DNA from: Selaginella moellendorffii
Taxonomy: Eukaryota; Plantae; Lycopodiophyta
Reading direction: 5' to 3'
Assembly (NCBI RefSeq): GCF_000143415.4
Contig: NW_003314284.1
Location: forward strand, 1,807,715 to 1,871,714
Length of the DNA: 64,000 bases
Below, piece after piece: positions 12,690 through 24,560 of this stretch (position 1 is the first letter of the stretch; each line of letters starts with the position of its first letter). The position numbers were made by a program, and so were the translations under genes. The notes below the pieces were generated by a model, which had not been told where the DNA came from, ran no database searches, and saw nothing but the letters and a program-made list of their open reading frames with translations.

Positions 12690-14516
12690 TCACTGTTTGT
12701 AAGAGTGGAGGTCCGCCTTCTCGTAGATGTTTGAGAGAAGAACATAGGCGGCACCGTGCCGCGCGTCCAGCTTCACGGCATTGTCAGCGGCATTTCTTCC
12801 AAGCTCGACCATGCTCTTCTCGCAGCCATGGCTCGACGCCGAGCACGCCGCCGCGAGCAAGCGCCTCCACTCGACGAGCTCCGGGAGGAACGGCATGTTG
12901 GCGACGAGATCCCGCGCGTCACTCAGGTGTCCCGCGCGGCACAGCACGTCCGCCACGCACGAGTAGCTCTGCCTCGTCGGCGTCACGCCGTGATCCATCA
13001 CCATGGACACAAAGCATCTCTTCCCGCGATCAAACACGCCGCCGTAGCTGCATCCCACCATGACGCACACGAAGGTGGCCTCGTCCGGCTGGAGCCCCTC
13101 GCGTTGCATCTCGTGGAACAGCTCCAGCGCGTCGCGCGGCTCGCCCTTTTGCGAGCACGCCGCGATGATCGCGTTCCACGAGATGGAGTCGCGGGCTGGG
13201 ATGCTGTGAAAGACTTCTTTCGCGTGCTTGAGGAGGCCCTTGTGAGCGTAGGCCGAGAGGAGAGTGTTCCACGCCGCGGTATCCCACTGTGGCATCGCGT
13301 AGAACAGGCTCAAGGCCTCGCCAAGCTCGCCGCTCCGAGCATACGCCGAGATCATGGCGGACACCGGGACGACGCTGAGCTCCGGCATTCTTGCAAGAAG
13401 ATCCCGAGCTTCGTCCACAAGGTCGTGCTGCGCGTATGCAGTGAGCATGGCTGACCACGAAACCAAGCTCCAACACGGCATTGTGTCAAACAAGTGCTTA
13501 CACTGCTCTATCATCCCCGCTCGGGCATACGCGGTGAGCACCACGGTCCAAGAGATCACGTGTCGCTCCGGCATTCTCTCGTAGAGTTCTCTCGTCTCCT
13601 TTAGAGATCCATACTGCGCACACCCGGCCAGCATTGAGTTCCACGCAAAATGGTTTTTTTCCTTCATCTCGTGGAAGATCTTCCTGGCCTTGTCGAGCTC
13701 CCCGGCTTGAATGTACACGTCCAGCATCGCAGTCCACGAAACGGTGTCCCACTCGGGCATGGACGCGAAGACCAGCTCGGCCTTGCGAGAGAGGCCGTTT
13801 TGTGAGAGGCCGGCAAGCAGCGCGGTCCATGAGATCACGTCTCGCTCGGCCATCCCGTGGAACAAGTGTTCGGCCTTTTCCAAATGCCCGTTCTGGGCAT
13901 ATGCAGTGATCATGGCATTTAAGCAAGCAACGTCGTGCTCGGGCATGCAGTTAAACAACGCACTTGCTTTCTCAAGACTACTCTTGTGAGAAAATCCGAC
14001 CACCATTACCGTCCAGGTGATCAGATTTTTCTCGGCCATGGTCATAAACAAAAGTTGAGCATCATACAAATGCCCGTTTTGGGCAAATGCTGCAAGCATA
14101 GTGTTGAGTGCCATAAGATCCCACCGCGGCATTCGATCAAAGACATCCTTCGCGGCCTGCCAGCCCCCAGCTTTGCAATACGCAGTGAGCATTGCGTTCC
14201 ACGACTCGGGATTTCTCTCGGGCATTGTATCGAAGAACTTCTTGGCGAGATCGAGATGCCCGTTTCTTGCGTAGGCCGATTGCATCAAGGCCCAGGAGAA
14301 CGCGTTCTTGTGGGGAATGGAGTCGAATATGATGCGCGCTTGCTGGACACTGCCGCATCGACTATACATTTGGATGAGCGTGTTGGAGAGAAAGAGAGAA
14401 TTGTGAGACGAGGGCGAGAGAAGACGAGAGGGAATTCTCGAGTGGACGCTCTTGGCTTGAGGGAGACTCTTGCAGGATTTTATGAGAGTGATATAGTCCT
14501 GGAAAGTGGCTTCCAT
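12690..14516 (-). CDS. PLS-class pentatricopeptide repeat protein with E domain (no DYW)
   Basis: Intronless 608-aa ORF with many ~31-aa repeats (FxxMPExDxxSWxAMLxAYAxxG) and E-domain motifs 'MPFLPELVEWRRLLAAAC' and 'AAYVLLSNIY'. Confidence 0.95.
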   Translation of the reverse strand: MEATFQDYITLIKSCKSLPQAKSVHSRIPSRLLSPSSHNSLFLSNTLIQMYSRCGSVQQARIIFDSIPHKNAFSWALMQSAYARNGHLDLAKKFFDTMPERNPESWNAMLTAYCKAGGWQAAKDVFDRMPRWDLMALNTMLAAFAQNGHLYDAQLLFMTMAEKNLITWTVMVVGFSHKSSLEKASALFNCMPEHDVACLNAMITAYAQNGHLEKAEHLFHGMAERDVISWTALLAGLSQNGLSRKAELVFASMPEWDTVSWTAMLDVYIQAGELDKARKIFHEMKEKNHFAWNSMLAGCAQYGSLKETRELYERMPERHVISWTVVLTAYARAGMIEQCKHLFDTMPCWSLVSWSAMLTAYAQHDLVDEARDLLARMPELSVVPVSAMISAYARSGELGEALSLFYAMPQWDTAAWNTLLSAYAHKGLLKHAKEVFHSIPARDSISWNAIIAACSQKGEPRDALELFHEMQREGLQPDEATFVCVMVGCSYGGVFDRGKRCFVSMVMDHGVTPTRQSYSCVADVLCRAGHLSDARDLVANMPFLPELVEWRRLLAAACSASSHGCEKSMVELGRNAADNAVKLDARHGAAYVLLSNIYEKADLHSYKQ

Positions 14517-14566
14517 GGAGCACCCATGTAGAACGCTTCACATAATAGTACATTACACTGATATTA

Positions 14567-17141
14567 TCAGTGCTTCATGCTTAAAACTTGACGAACAACG
14601 CTTCCTTGGAAAAGCTTCTCAGCCTGAAAGAAAATCCACAGCAAAAGCTTTAACGTAGAAAAAGACAGGGAAAGATTTATTCACTTACTTGCTTTGCACT
14701 GAGTCCAATTTTTTGAAGATCTCTAAGCTGGAATACACAATGTTAATCGTTGAGCGATGAGAAAAAATGTTACACACTTACTTGGTTGAAAGGAGCTTCA
14801 CAATTAGCTTCACGGAGCTTCAATATAGCATCTGCACGCTTCTTTCCAACACCCTGTACATTAATCAAATTATTTTCCTCGTCAAGAAATAAAGGATGTA
14901 CCTTGAGTGATAGCAAATCTTCTGTAGTTCCAGTGTTGAGAATATCAAGGTATTCTTTCAAAAGAGCTCCCTGCGAAAGCAAGCACCACCAAATCGATAC
15001 GAAACTAATCAGAAGAACTCATATTCTCACCTGTAAATCGCGACTGTTGTTGGTAAATCGTTCAACAGCAGTCCAGCCACAATTTGAGATTTGTTGAACA
15101 TCGTCATATCTCGGTGTACAAGGTTCCAAGCTTGTTTGAGGAGTGAAGTTGATTGGTAGAGGTGTCAGTGCTTCTCTCAGAGAGCTCCCGAGGTTCCGAA
15201 GCATTGAGCTCAAGGGCGGGGAATTGGAGGGAACAAAAGTTTTTTCTTGTGGTGTACATTGCATATCGTCTTCCTGACTTGTGATGCTCGTCAACTCTGT
15301 ACACACTGTTGAGTAGATAAATAAATAGCCAGCAGCGAATACCTTGACGAACGTTTGCTTCTTTCGCAAAGGGAGAGCACGAATTTGTTTCTAATGACGA
15401 GCACACTTCCTCTGCCTCCTCTGGCTTTTCTTTAGGATCAGTGTTGGTTTCCTGCCCATTCTCTAGTGCTGGCACGTCCTGCAGAGAAACATGATTCGTT
15501 ATGCGGGATATTACACATTAAACTTACTTCAACAATTGAGAAGATTGCTGACTCACGGTAGGATGTCTCGGTCCTGGAACTATTAAACTCGTCAGAAAGA
15601 AAACAAAAATTAACCATATCATTCCGTACCTAGAACAAGAAGAAGACCCAGCTTGAACTCTTTTCAATGTGAGCCGCTGTCCAAACCGAGAAGGAGACTT
15701 GCTCGAAGGCTTATTCTGCACCGGGCTTGAAAGTTTCAAGGGAGAGTTGACAAGAGATTTCCTTGCAGGTTTAAATTTTGAATCTGTGTCGACTGGCGAT
15801 TCAATACTGTCAGGATTTGCAATCTGCCTTGATCTTACTGCCAGACGCAACGTCTGTGCCGCTTCCATGTAAGACCCAGGACTCTGTCGCAAGAAACATT
15901 CTTAGCATAAACTTGTGATACAATAGAATCACATACCAGGCAAGCAATCATTAGCGCGCAACTCGTTCCACCTAGGGAATCCTGTAAAATGCGAGTTAGC
16001 TTGCTGTCTCGATATGGCACCCTCTTTTCGTTCGCATTCAAAGCGTTGATCACGTTCGATAAAACGAAGAGCGATTGATTGATCCTGCCGCTTTCAACAA
16101 GGCGAATGCCATCAGTACCTGACCGTCGCGTGTCCTCGTTTCCTACAAACAAAATAAGTATTCAAGAAAGAACCTTGAAGAAAATAGCATCAACGAACCT
16201 GCAAGATCTATGAGGCTCAGCTTTCCAACCAACGGCAAAGTCGTGTTTTCTTCGTCAGTGTTTGTCACAGTCACCACCAACACACTGTGACTGCGGCTGG
16301 AAGCGGCGTTTAGTCCGGTGACACCAATCTTTCGGTTCGAGCAACCTCTTGCAAACAGATCTTGAAATTCTTTCAACGATTTTACTTGAACCTGCAAATG
16401 TAGAAAAGGCGAATATTGTCACAAAAACGAAATTTGTAGAAAACTTCTGCACCTGAGCAAGCCCCCGAAGCTGGATATTACCATCACTGTCTTCTAGAAT
16501 AGGTAGTTCACCCGACTTTGGCTCCAGGAGATCGTAGCAACGCTCCATGTAAAGCTCGTAGTAGGAAAGCTCGATTTTGCATTTAGCATCACGCTCGGCC
16601 AAGGACAGGATATGCATCAGTCCCAGAACCATGAGACCGGGATTTTGTTCTTCTCCCTGAAAAGCATCCAGTTAGCGCAAAGAAAAGATTTACAAGCATG
16701 ATCCACCTGCATCGTGTAGGTTTTTCCGCTTCCAGTAGCTCCATAGGCAAAGACTGTGGCATTGCAACCACAAAAGAGCAGCGGTATCACTGGTTCCACC
16801 TCGGCTTTGAAAATTTCGGCGAGATCATCCGACTCTCCATAGCAGCAATCCAGCTTGAAAGATTCAATTTGACTGCTAGTAGAATGAATTCAGTCAGTCG
16901 GGGAGGAAATGGAGAGAATCACTTACGTGGTTTTCTCGTCACAGATCTCGATGGTGTCCTCGCTCTTGCGGACGCATTGATTCCTCTCGGCCTCGTCCAA
17001 ACAGAAAGGGCGTAGTCTAGACACAACACGAACCTTGGAGCGCCGGGGCTTCATTGGCGATGCCGTGACGGGCGTCTTCCTCATGGGCGAGATCACTCCA
17101 AGGCGCGATCGCCGCGGCGTAGAGACTCGAGGGCTCAGCAT
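14567..17141 (-). CDS. Kinesin-10 family motor (KIF22/KIN10C-like) with C-terminal helix-hairpin-helix; multi-exon
   Basis: '[10 protein letters not shown]', P-loop '[14 protein letters not shown]', 'NAASSRSHS', 'LIDLAGNED', 'INQSLFVL', '[18 protein letters not shown]'; HhH '[23 protein letters not shown]'; stop at 14567. Confidence 0.92.
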
Positions 17142-17310
17142 TGCTGCTAGGGAGCTTCAACCTAAAGCCCAAATCTCTCAGAGACGTTGGAAGAAATAGC
17201 CACGTCAGGCACTTGCGTGGCATTATTTTGAAAATCCCGCCATGCTAATGTTGTAAGCCCTAGCGACGAGGACCATGTAAGCCCTAGCGGTGAGGAGCGC
17301 CTTCGAATGT

Positions 17311-17824
17311 ATGGAAGGATTTTACGCGGCAGAGCAGGATTCCCGAGATTTTGAGCAGCGATCACAGGTTAGAGTGATTTGATTCGACTCAATCGCAGAC
17401 AGCCTTGGTACTTGCCGATGCGGTCTACTTGAAGGTCGAAACTCTCAAGGTATGTTCCTGGATCCTGGAACTCGTAGTTTTTTTCACTAGATTCTTAGTC
17501 GCGAAGCAGCTTAAGAAAAATGCGAGAAGCTTGGAAGAATAGAGAGAGAACGTTTATAGCACACAATCTTATTGATCCAAGGTTGCCTTTTGCTTCTTGT
17601 CTAACGCGTGATACTTGTGAATGCAGACTCGATGTCGAGATCCGTGAGCTTCGAGCCAAGGCTGCTACTAAGTCCCCAAGCTACAAGTCTACTCGGGTTT
17701 CTCGCTGGAAACACTTACTAGCGATTCAAGGTATGAGTCTCGACTACGCAACCATCATTTAATCTCCTGCTCTTTGTTGACCGGAACAGAAACTGAACCA
17801 TCATCTTCGATTCCGTCAGGCTGA
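17311..17824 (+). CDS. Candidate small spliced orphan protein (~110 aa), divergent from the kinesin
   Basis: Five phase-consistent exons can be joined via GT-AG introns (MEGFYAAEQDSRDFEQRSQ/TALVLADAVYLKVETLK/SRSSLRKMREAWKNRERTFIAHNLIDPR/LDVEIRELRAK...LLAIQ/ETEPSSSIPSG*). The first intron is only 31 nt. No family recognised. Confidence 0.35.
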
Positions 17825-19111
17825 CCAATTTTCAGCTTGGTGGTCTGTTTTCGTTCCTGTAGCTGGCTGAGCCTCGAACTTGAAGCTTTTGAATCCTTTT
17901 GAGTCTTCTGGTACGTCGCTCGTACACTCTGGCTGGGGAGTAACCACAGCTAGAGAAGCTGAGTGTCCCTCCTCTTCCTCAGAACTTTCTGATGAGGTGT
18001 CCTTTGAACTTTCAGAATCTGGAGATTCATCTTCTTCCATATTGTCAAAAGTAACCACCGATTTCTTTCCTTGATTCGTCGACTGTTCATCTTTGCTTCC
18101 TTTTTCCGGCTCGGATTCTTCTGCTACTTTAGCCGCAGCACCTGCCTCCTCTTTCTCGACAATACCTGTTCCGTCAACTCCTTTACCTCCTGCTGTTTTG
18201 TCCAGCTCTGGAACATTTTCCCCTGCTTTGTCAAGAGCTTCGTTTACCAGTTTTGAGACTGTGTCAGCTGCTGCGTCTAGAACGTCCTCGACAACTGCAG
18301 AAGCAGTTGATTCCTCTAGAATGTCCTCCACCAGCTTTGAAAGAGTTTCGGGTGCGTCACCTGTTTCTAACGAGGGGCCCGTTTCCGTGCTTTCCCAGCT
18401 TTCAGAGACTATCAAAGGCGACTCGGCGTCGTCTGTCTTGAAAATTCGATTTGGACCAGGTTGCCATTCAGGTACTGCTTTCTTGCTTGTAAGGACGAAC
18501 TTGTACTCGTATTGTTCTCCGACAGGCAGATCCTAGATCATATCATCAGGCTGTCAGCTGCTCCGCAATTCACCCCACAAACTCACTACGACTTACTATT
18601 TGGCACTTCCAGACGTGATCTTCGGACCAGTCCATAGAAACACCCGCTGCTGGATCCCATGCTCCCAGTAAAGGGCTCGCACCAACAACAGCAAACCGCT
18701 CGCCATAGTCGCATTTTTTTTGCAACATAAAGGTCGTGGTGACCATCGGCATCACTTCTTCTACAAGGACAGGTCAGGACGTCATTAAACAGTTTCTAGC
18801 TCTCCGATAACTCACCCGACTCTTCGACAGCGGCATCATCCGATTCCTACAGTGATTGACGACAGCAGCACTATCAGAACGGAGATTTCGCAAAGGCTGA
18901 AACTTACGGAAGCAGTAGTGAGGACGAGGCGAGCAGCCCGTGGGGCTAGCACTCTAGCAGCTTTCCGGTGCCGTAAGATTCTTCGCTCGAAGCATGAGCA
19001 TTGCAAAAACCCCTGGCGAGAGTCCCTCGAGCCAGAGACGGCACCTCCGACTAACTGCTGCCACACTAGAGGGCGGTGGGAGACACCCAATGCTGCTGCG
19101 AATTTCTCCAT
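17816..19111 (-). CDS. CBM20 starch-binding-domain protein with putative plastid transit peptide and acidic low-complexity tail
   Basis: 'TTFMLQKKCDYGERFAVVGASPLLGAWDP..MDWSEDHVWKCQIDLPVGEQYEYKFVL..PEWQPGPNRIF..LIVSESWE'; S/R/A-rich N-terminus. Confidence 0.85.
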
Positions 19112-19619
19112 TCCCGATCCAGGTACTTGGCCGCTCTCCTGTTTCTTACCTGGGATTCCCGACTTTGTGATAGAACGCAATCTGATGGTCACTGTTTTTC
19201 TGGCTTAACGCTGGAGTTACATTACTACGACAAGTGTCCCGGCAATGAATTCACACCGTAGACGGAAGTGGGGGACAGCGCCACCCGTGAAAGTTTCGCC
19301 TGTAACACATGAATGAAATGCATCTTCAAAGGTAGGTGAGAAAAGATTCACTCTTTCTTGGTTAGTGGAAGGGCTGCTAGGACATTTGCTACAAACACTA
19401 GAGAATCTATTGATACTCATCCACTAACGCGGTTGATTTGATTGGCAGCACTCCACTGTCAAGTATGAACCGTATAAAATCGTACCCTCCACTATCTTAG
19501 CCGAAATCCATGGAAGAAATATTTTAGTCAAGCTTTCCAAAAGAGCAAACAGTTCATTCGCCAGCAATTTAAAGGTACGATGATTACATTTCATTTTTGT
19601 ACTCAGCAAGGGAAGAAAA

Positions 19620-19964
19620 ATGTCTCACAGATCGAATTGCTCCGGCATGGCTGCCTCGTCCGACGATGTCGTAAACGATCCGTGCCCGGTGCTGCAGTCT
19701 CCACTTCCATACTTGCTGGCCGGTCTCGTCGCGATGGTCGTTCTCGTCACGATCGCCTTGACGATACTCGCGTGGCCTCATCTCAGGCGCTACTACAGCT
19801 CCTCTCCCGCTGCTGCTACTGCTGCTGCTATGGAAGATCATTGCGACTGTGCAAAGCCACCGCCGACGATGAAGTATGATGAAAGTACCACAAGCTCCGA
19901 GAGGATCGTGGTGATAATGGCGGGCCAAAGCAAGCCAACACATATGGCTACTATTACCAGTTAA
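19620..19964 (+). CDS. GDU: GLUTAMINE DUMPER (GDU) family amino-acid export regulator
   Basis: 'SPLPYLLAGLVAMVVLVTIALTILA' transmembrane segment and C-terminal 'IVVIMAGQSKPTHMAT' (VIMAG motif). Start at 19620 or 19647. Confidence 0.88.
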   Translation: MSHRSNCSGMAASSDDVVNDPCPVLQSPLPYLLAGLVAMVVLVTIALTILAWPHLRRYYSSSPAAATAAAMEDHCDCAKPPPTMKYDESTTSSERIVVIMAGQSKPTHMATITS

Positions 19965-20159
19965 GTGCTTTCATCTTTCGTTTCGCCCGTCCCGCGAAGC
20001 TAGAGCTTTACAAACACAGCGGGCTTGGCATTTACTACGAGCAAGACTAGAAAGCGGCTTCTTTAAGTTTTCAGCAGCTCTTAGCACTCTGAGATTCATC
20101 ACCACGACAACTTGCAGAGAAAGAAAACGTGGAAAGGATCAAGAGGCAGTGGTGACACC

Positions 20160-20245
20160 AGGAAATCCATGGCATACAGGGAAACGTTGAGATATTTTAT
20201 GCGAACTGGCTTCCACAGTTCACTTACCGTAGTACTGGACCGTGT
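20160..20245 (-). pseudogene. Deletion-riddled duplicate of the RPL25 last exon
   Basis: Colinear exact matches to 20662-20796: atccatggcataca, cgttgagat, atgcgaac, accgtagtactggaccgt (18 bp). Confidence 0.6.
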
Positions 20246-20598
20246 CGTGAAGAAAGTGGCGGAAGATTAATCAAAAACAAGACGCGGAACTTGCTCGACG
20301 TCTAGAGTCCGCTCAAACAGAGCAGTATGAGCCATCGAATCCTTTCCTGGTTAGCTCTAGATCGAGGCTGGTAGTGGCTGATGTCCGATTGGCAAAGGAG
20401 GAACTGACGTAAAGAGGATAGAATACACCAAAACGCTTGTTTGATTATATCATGTGAGATCCATCCCATCTTTTGATTGAGAAAGAAGTTTGATAGATCG
20501 AACTAAAGCAGTCTTTTACCGGTAGATCTTTCGCTGATAGCTTGCAAGGATCTCAGAAGATTAAGACAGGAAAGAAAAAAAAAAAAAAAACAGAAGTT

Positions 20599-21561
20599 TC
20601 ACGAGGCTGTGGCCACTCTGGTGGCCCTGGTTCCCACAATCTTGCAAACCGGCCACCGGGGATCCATGGCATACACCACGAGTCCGGGGGTGACGTTGAG
20701 ATCCTTGATGCGAACCGACTGCCCGGCCTCCAGATTGCTCAAGTCCACCTCGATATACTTTGGGATCAAGTCGGGAGCACCGTAGTACTGGACCGTTCTC
20801 CTGATCGTGTTGAGATATCCACCTGGGAAGAGAGAAGAGGAAGAAGATCAGAATCGGCCAAGAGAAAAAAAAAACAAGGAAGAAGAAGCGAAGAGGATCC
20901 ATCACCTTTGCGAATTCCCGGGCAGACATCGGCTCCGATGAACACCAGCGGTATGTCCACTCGCAGCCTCGCGTGAGGAGGAGCTCTAATGAAAGTCGCG
21001 TTGAGGACCTTGTCCGAAACAGCGTGTACGTGGATCTGGAAAGAACAAACCAAAACAATCGAGTGAGACAGCAACCAAGAGCAAAGCACACGCAAAGACG
21101 ATGAAGGAATGAATACCTACAAGACGAGGAAGAACTCTCTCCCGGGAGATGAGCTCTCCTTCCTTGGGATCCGGCTCGGTGCGCAGCTCCAGCGTGTAGA
21201 GCCGGCTCATGAAGAAGCTCTGGCCGAATTTCTTGAGCAGCAGGTTGAGCTTGTTGGAGTTGAGAACGAGGAGCTGCTTGTGGCCGCCCTGGTGCCCGTC
21301 CTCCTGGCTACACACAATGCCGGGGATGATGCCCTTGTTCCTCATCTTCATACACGCCCGCGTCCCGGATTCCACCCGCGGCGCCGCGTAGAGCACATCC
21401 AGCACTGCCTCCTGGGGGACGGGTACCTTTGCCAGCGGCGGAGCTGCCGATTCCTCCTCCGCCGCCAGCGCCGCTGTGGATTCGGAGTACCACCGGGTGA
21501 TCGCCGCCCATCTCCGCGCAATACACTCGCGCCTCCCCTGCGATCGCCATAGCGCTCGCAT
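20599..21561 (-). CDS. Organellar (probably mitochondrial) ribosomal protein L25/TL5 family; 3 exons
   Basis: Arg-rich presequence; 'PRVESGTRACMKMRNKGIIPGIV', 'FFMSRLYTL', 'RVLPRLIHVHAVSDKVLNATF', 'VDIPLVFIGADVCPGIRKGGYLNTIRRTV', 'IPKYIEVDLSNL'. Confidence 0.9.
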
Positions 21562-21670
21562 TTCCTCACCTCATCAACCCTAAAACCCAACGGTGAAGAT
21601 GGACGGCTAAGATTAACTCATAAAACAAAGCAATATGCTTATAACGTCTCGGGTTTTAGGGCTCTAGAGG
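21562..21670. promoter_or_regulatory. Compact bidirectional promoter between RPL25 and SerRS with telo-box-like motifs
   Basis: Divergent ATGs only 109 bp apart; aaccctaa and aaaccca near 21577-21590, gggttttagg near 21651. Confidence 0.6.
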
Positions 21671-23397
21671 ATGTTGGACATTAAGTTGCTGCGGGACGAT
21701 CCGGCGCTTGTCAAGGAATCGCAGCGGCGCCGTTTCCAACCTGAATCGGATGTCGATGATGTAATCGACCTGGATCGTCAATGGCGAACTGGTAAGCTGT
21801 TCCTCTCAAAACTTTCAGAGGTTTTACACTCTTTTTCCTAAAGCGCAATTCAACCTCGAGAAAAAGTCCGCCGATATCAACAAGATTGAGAAGGAGATCG
21901 CAAAACTTCTCCGGGTGAGTGCCTTTTCCTTGATCGAGTGCCGAACGACGCTGACTTTGGCTAGATCAGACAAACGGGGACTCCGCAAATCTGCTGGCGG
22001 AGAAGGGCGCCCTGGAGAATGAACATACTGAGCTAAAGCTGCGAGCTTCAAAGTTAAAGCTGGAGCTGGATTCCAAGTTGAAGTCTTTGGGCAACCTCGT
22101 GCACGATTCTGTGCCTGTCAGCTCAAACGAGGTAAGTTATAATTGTGTTATACTTGTAGAACAATAGTTCTCTCGACTGTCTTGTGATATTTGCAGAAGG
22201 ACAAGGTGGTTGTCACGAAATGGGGTGTACCTCGACAAGATCAAGAGGCTCTGGAAAATCATGTCAGTTTGTGTAAAAAGCTCGATGCGGTTGATGTTGA
22301 GCGGGGTAAGTTCGCGGAATTTATTTTGTCAAGTGGCGATCTCGAGCTGATGTTTAAGCTCTGTTTCTAGGTGCTGCGGTGGCAGGCCATCGAGGCTATT
22401 ATCTGTTGGACCCGGGGTTTGAGCTGAACATGGCGCTCGTTAACTTTGGGTTGAAGTTTCTGAAAGATCGTGGCTACAGAAAGATTCAGACGCCTACTTT
22501 AATGGACAAGGCTGTGATGAAATGCTGCGCACAGCTCTCCCAGTTCGACGAGGAGCTCTATGAAGTATGTTTGTTTCGAAACTTGCATAGCTGGTTGTTA
22601 AAGCGTTTGTGCGTTTGTGCAGCTCGCAGGGGAGGGGAAATATCTCATAGCCACTTCGGAACAGGCTCTCTGCGGCTATTTGAAGGATAAAAACGTGGCT
22701 CCAGAAAGTCTCCCCCTCCGGTATGTGGATATGTACTGTCTTTGGACTTGGACCGCTTCTTGAACGGTTTTGCAATGCAGATATGCTGGTTATTCTTCCT
22801 GCTTCCGTAAAGAAGCCGGAAGCCATGGCAAGGATACGCTGGGCATTTTCCGGGTTCACGAGTTTCAAAAGGTCGAGCAATTCTGTGTAACTGCTCCAGA
22901 GACATCCTGGGACATGCTAGAGGAGATGATAAAAACTTCTGAAGATTTCTACCAACAGGTACCAGAATTAAGAAGCTTCATGCGTTGGGACTTTGTGTAT
23001 AAGCATCCTTTGCTCTTTTGCAGCTGGGCTTACCTTACCAGGTTGTCAACGTTGTGTCTGGGGAGCTGAATGATGCTGCAGCGAAGAAGTATGATTTGGA
23101 GGCGTGGTTTCCTGCCGCGGGGAAATATGAGGAGCTGGTGTCCTGTTCCAACTGCACAGATTATCAAGCGAGGAGCCTGAATATCAAATCGGTACGCATG
23201 ATTTTTGCTTGCCTATAACTCTTGTTGATTCTTTGCAGGGGAAGAAGCTTGTGCACCTCTTAAACTGCACATTGGTAGCCACTCAACGAACCATGTGCTG
23301 TATCGTCGAAAATTATCAGACTCGAAATGGGGTACGTGTGCCTGAAGTTTTGCAGCCTTTCATGGATGGGACGACATTCCTTCCATTCCCCAAGTGA
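21671..23397 (+). CDS. Seryl-tRNA synthetase (cytosolic type, divergent); multi-exon
   Basis: '[15 protein letters not shown]', '[11 protein letters not shown]', 'VAGHRGYYL', '[11 protein letters not shown]', 'YLIATSEQ', motif 2 '[28 protein letters not shown]', '[10 protein letters not shown]', '[14 protein letters not shown]', 'HLLNCTL', '[17 protein letters not shown]'. Confidence 0.95.
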
Positions 23398-24079
23398 AAG
23401 AACTTATGTTCACGCGTGCAAGTTCTACGTTTGAGGCCCGCGCATTAGGTTCAAGTACAATGTTTCACATCGAACAGCAAAGCGATAGAACTTGCAATGT
23501 TGGAAGAGGTAAAGTTCTCTCGATATAATTACAAACGTTTTTATAGGAAAATATTAAAATGAAAAATAAAGTTGATTCAAAATTCTTCTCGTGGAGCTTT
23601 AAGGTTGTTTACTAGGAAGTACTGAGTGGATGTGTTGGGATATTTTTATAATCCTCTTAAGTTCAAAATTTTACACACATTATACATATGTATGTATGTA
23701 TCTATGTATCTATGTATATGTACGTATATCTATATATATATAACTTTTGCTTTTAAGAGCGGATTGCCTACTTGGGGATCCCTAGAATGTTCAAGTATAT
23801 TCTATATTGTTCTTCAATCCATTTTCTTATAAATATAAACCCATCACCTTTCTGAACACACCTGAAATCATCCCTTTAAGAATGTTGGAGTAGGATGTGG
23901 TCATCTATCGTATATGCTCTTGGATCAACCCTTGGTTTGCTTTGAATTTATTAAAAAAGCATGATAAGAATATGAAATTTTAAGAAATTAATTACAATCA
24001 GTTATCATTTATCATAGTCCATCAAAACACAAATGTGTCTAACTTTTGGATACATGTCTCATTATAAGCACAGAGAGTT

Positions 24080-24560
24080 AAAGGTTTGAAACATAGGATC
24101 AATGTGTATAAGATTCTTGACAGCCACTCTTTCTCTAACCAGATCTTGATATAGCTTTTAAGCAGTGAGCATATCTAAATCATTATGTCCAAACAGAATG
24201 GCATATTTTATATTAGTTCCTTTGTTTTAAAGGCTATTAATGATGTTCTCTCAACCACAAAATTTTCCCAGGCTTGATGAAGTTTGATGTTGCTACATGC
24301 AATAGAAAAACCAGAAAAAAAATATTGTTTCTAGAGTGAGTTGAAATAATCCATGGCTTGTCATCTAAAACCAATTTCTGAGTTGCTATCCAGCATTGCA
24401 TTCCAACTTACCAATCCTTTTCAGGCATTGCATCAAAGCAGATTTGCCAAGCTTCCATCCATAAATGCCATCAAACAGATCCATGACGCCATCAATATTT
24501 GTTTAATTAAGATAGCCATTTTATATACACTAAAATGGCATTTGATTTTGTCTAGGTAGA
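24080..24560 (-). pseudogene. AT-eroded PPR (PLS-E) gene relic
   Basis: Minus-strand fragments 'CFDAMPEKD-fs-VSWNAMLDS..G...QAMDYF', 'ACSN' and E-domain-like 'LI*NMPFC', with stops and frameshifts. Confidence 0.5.
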
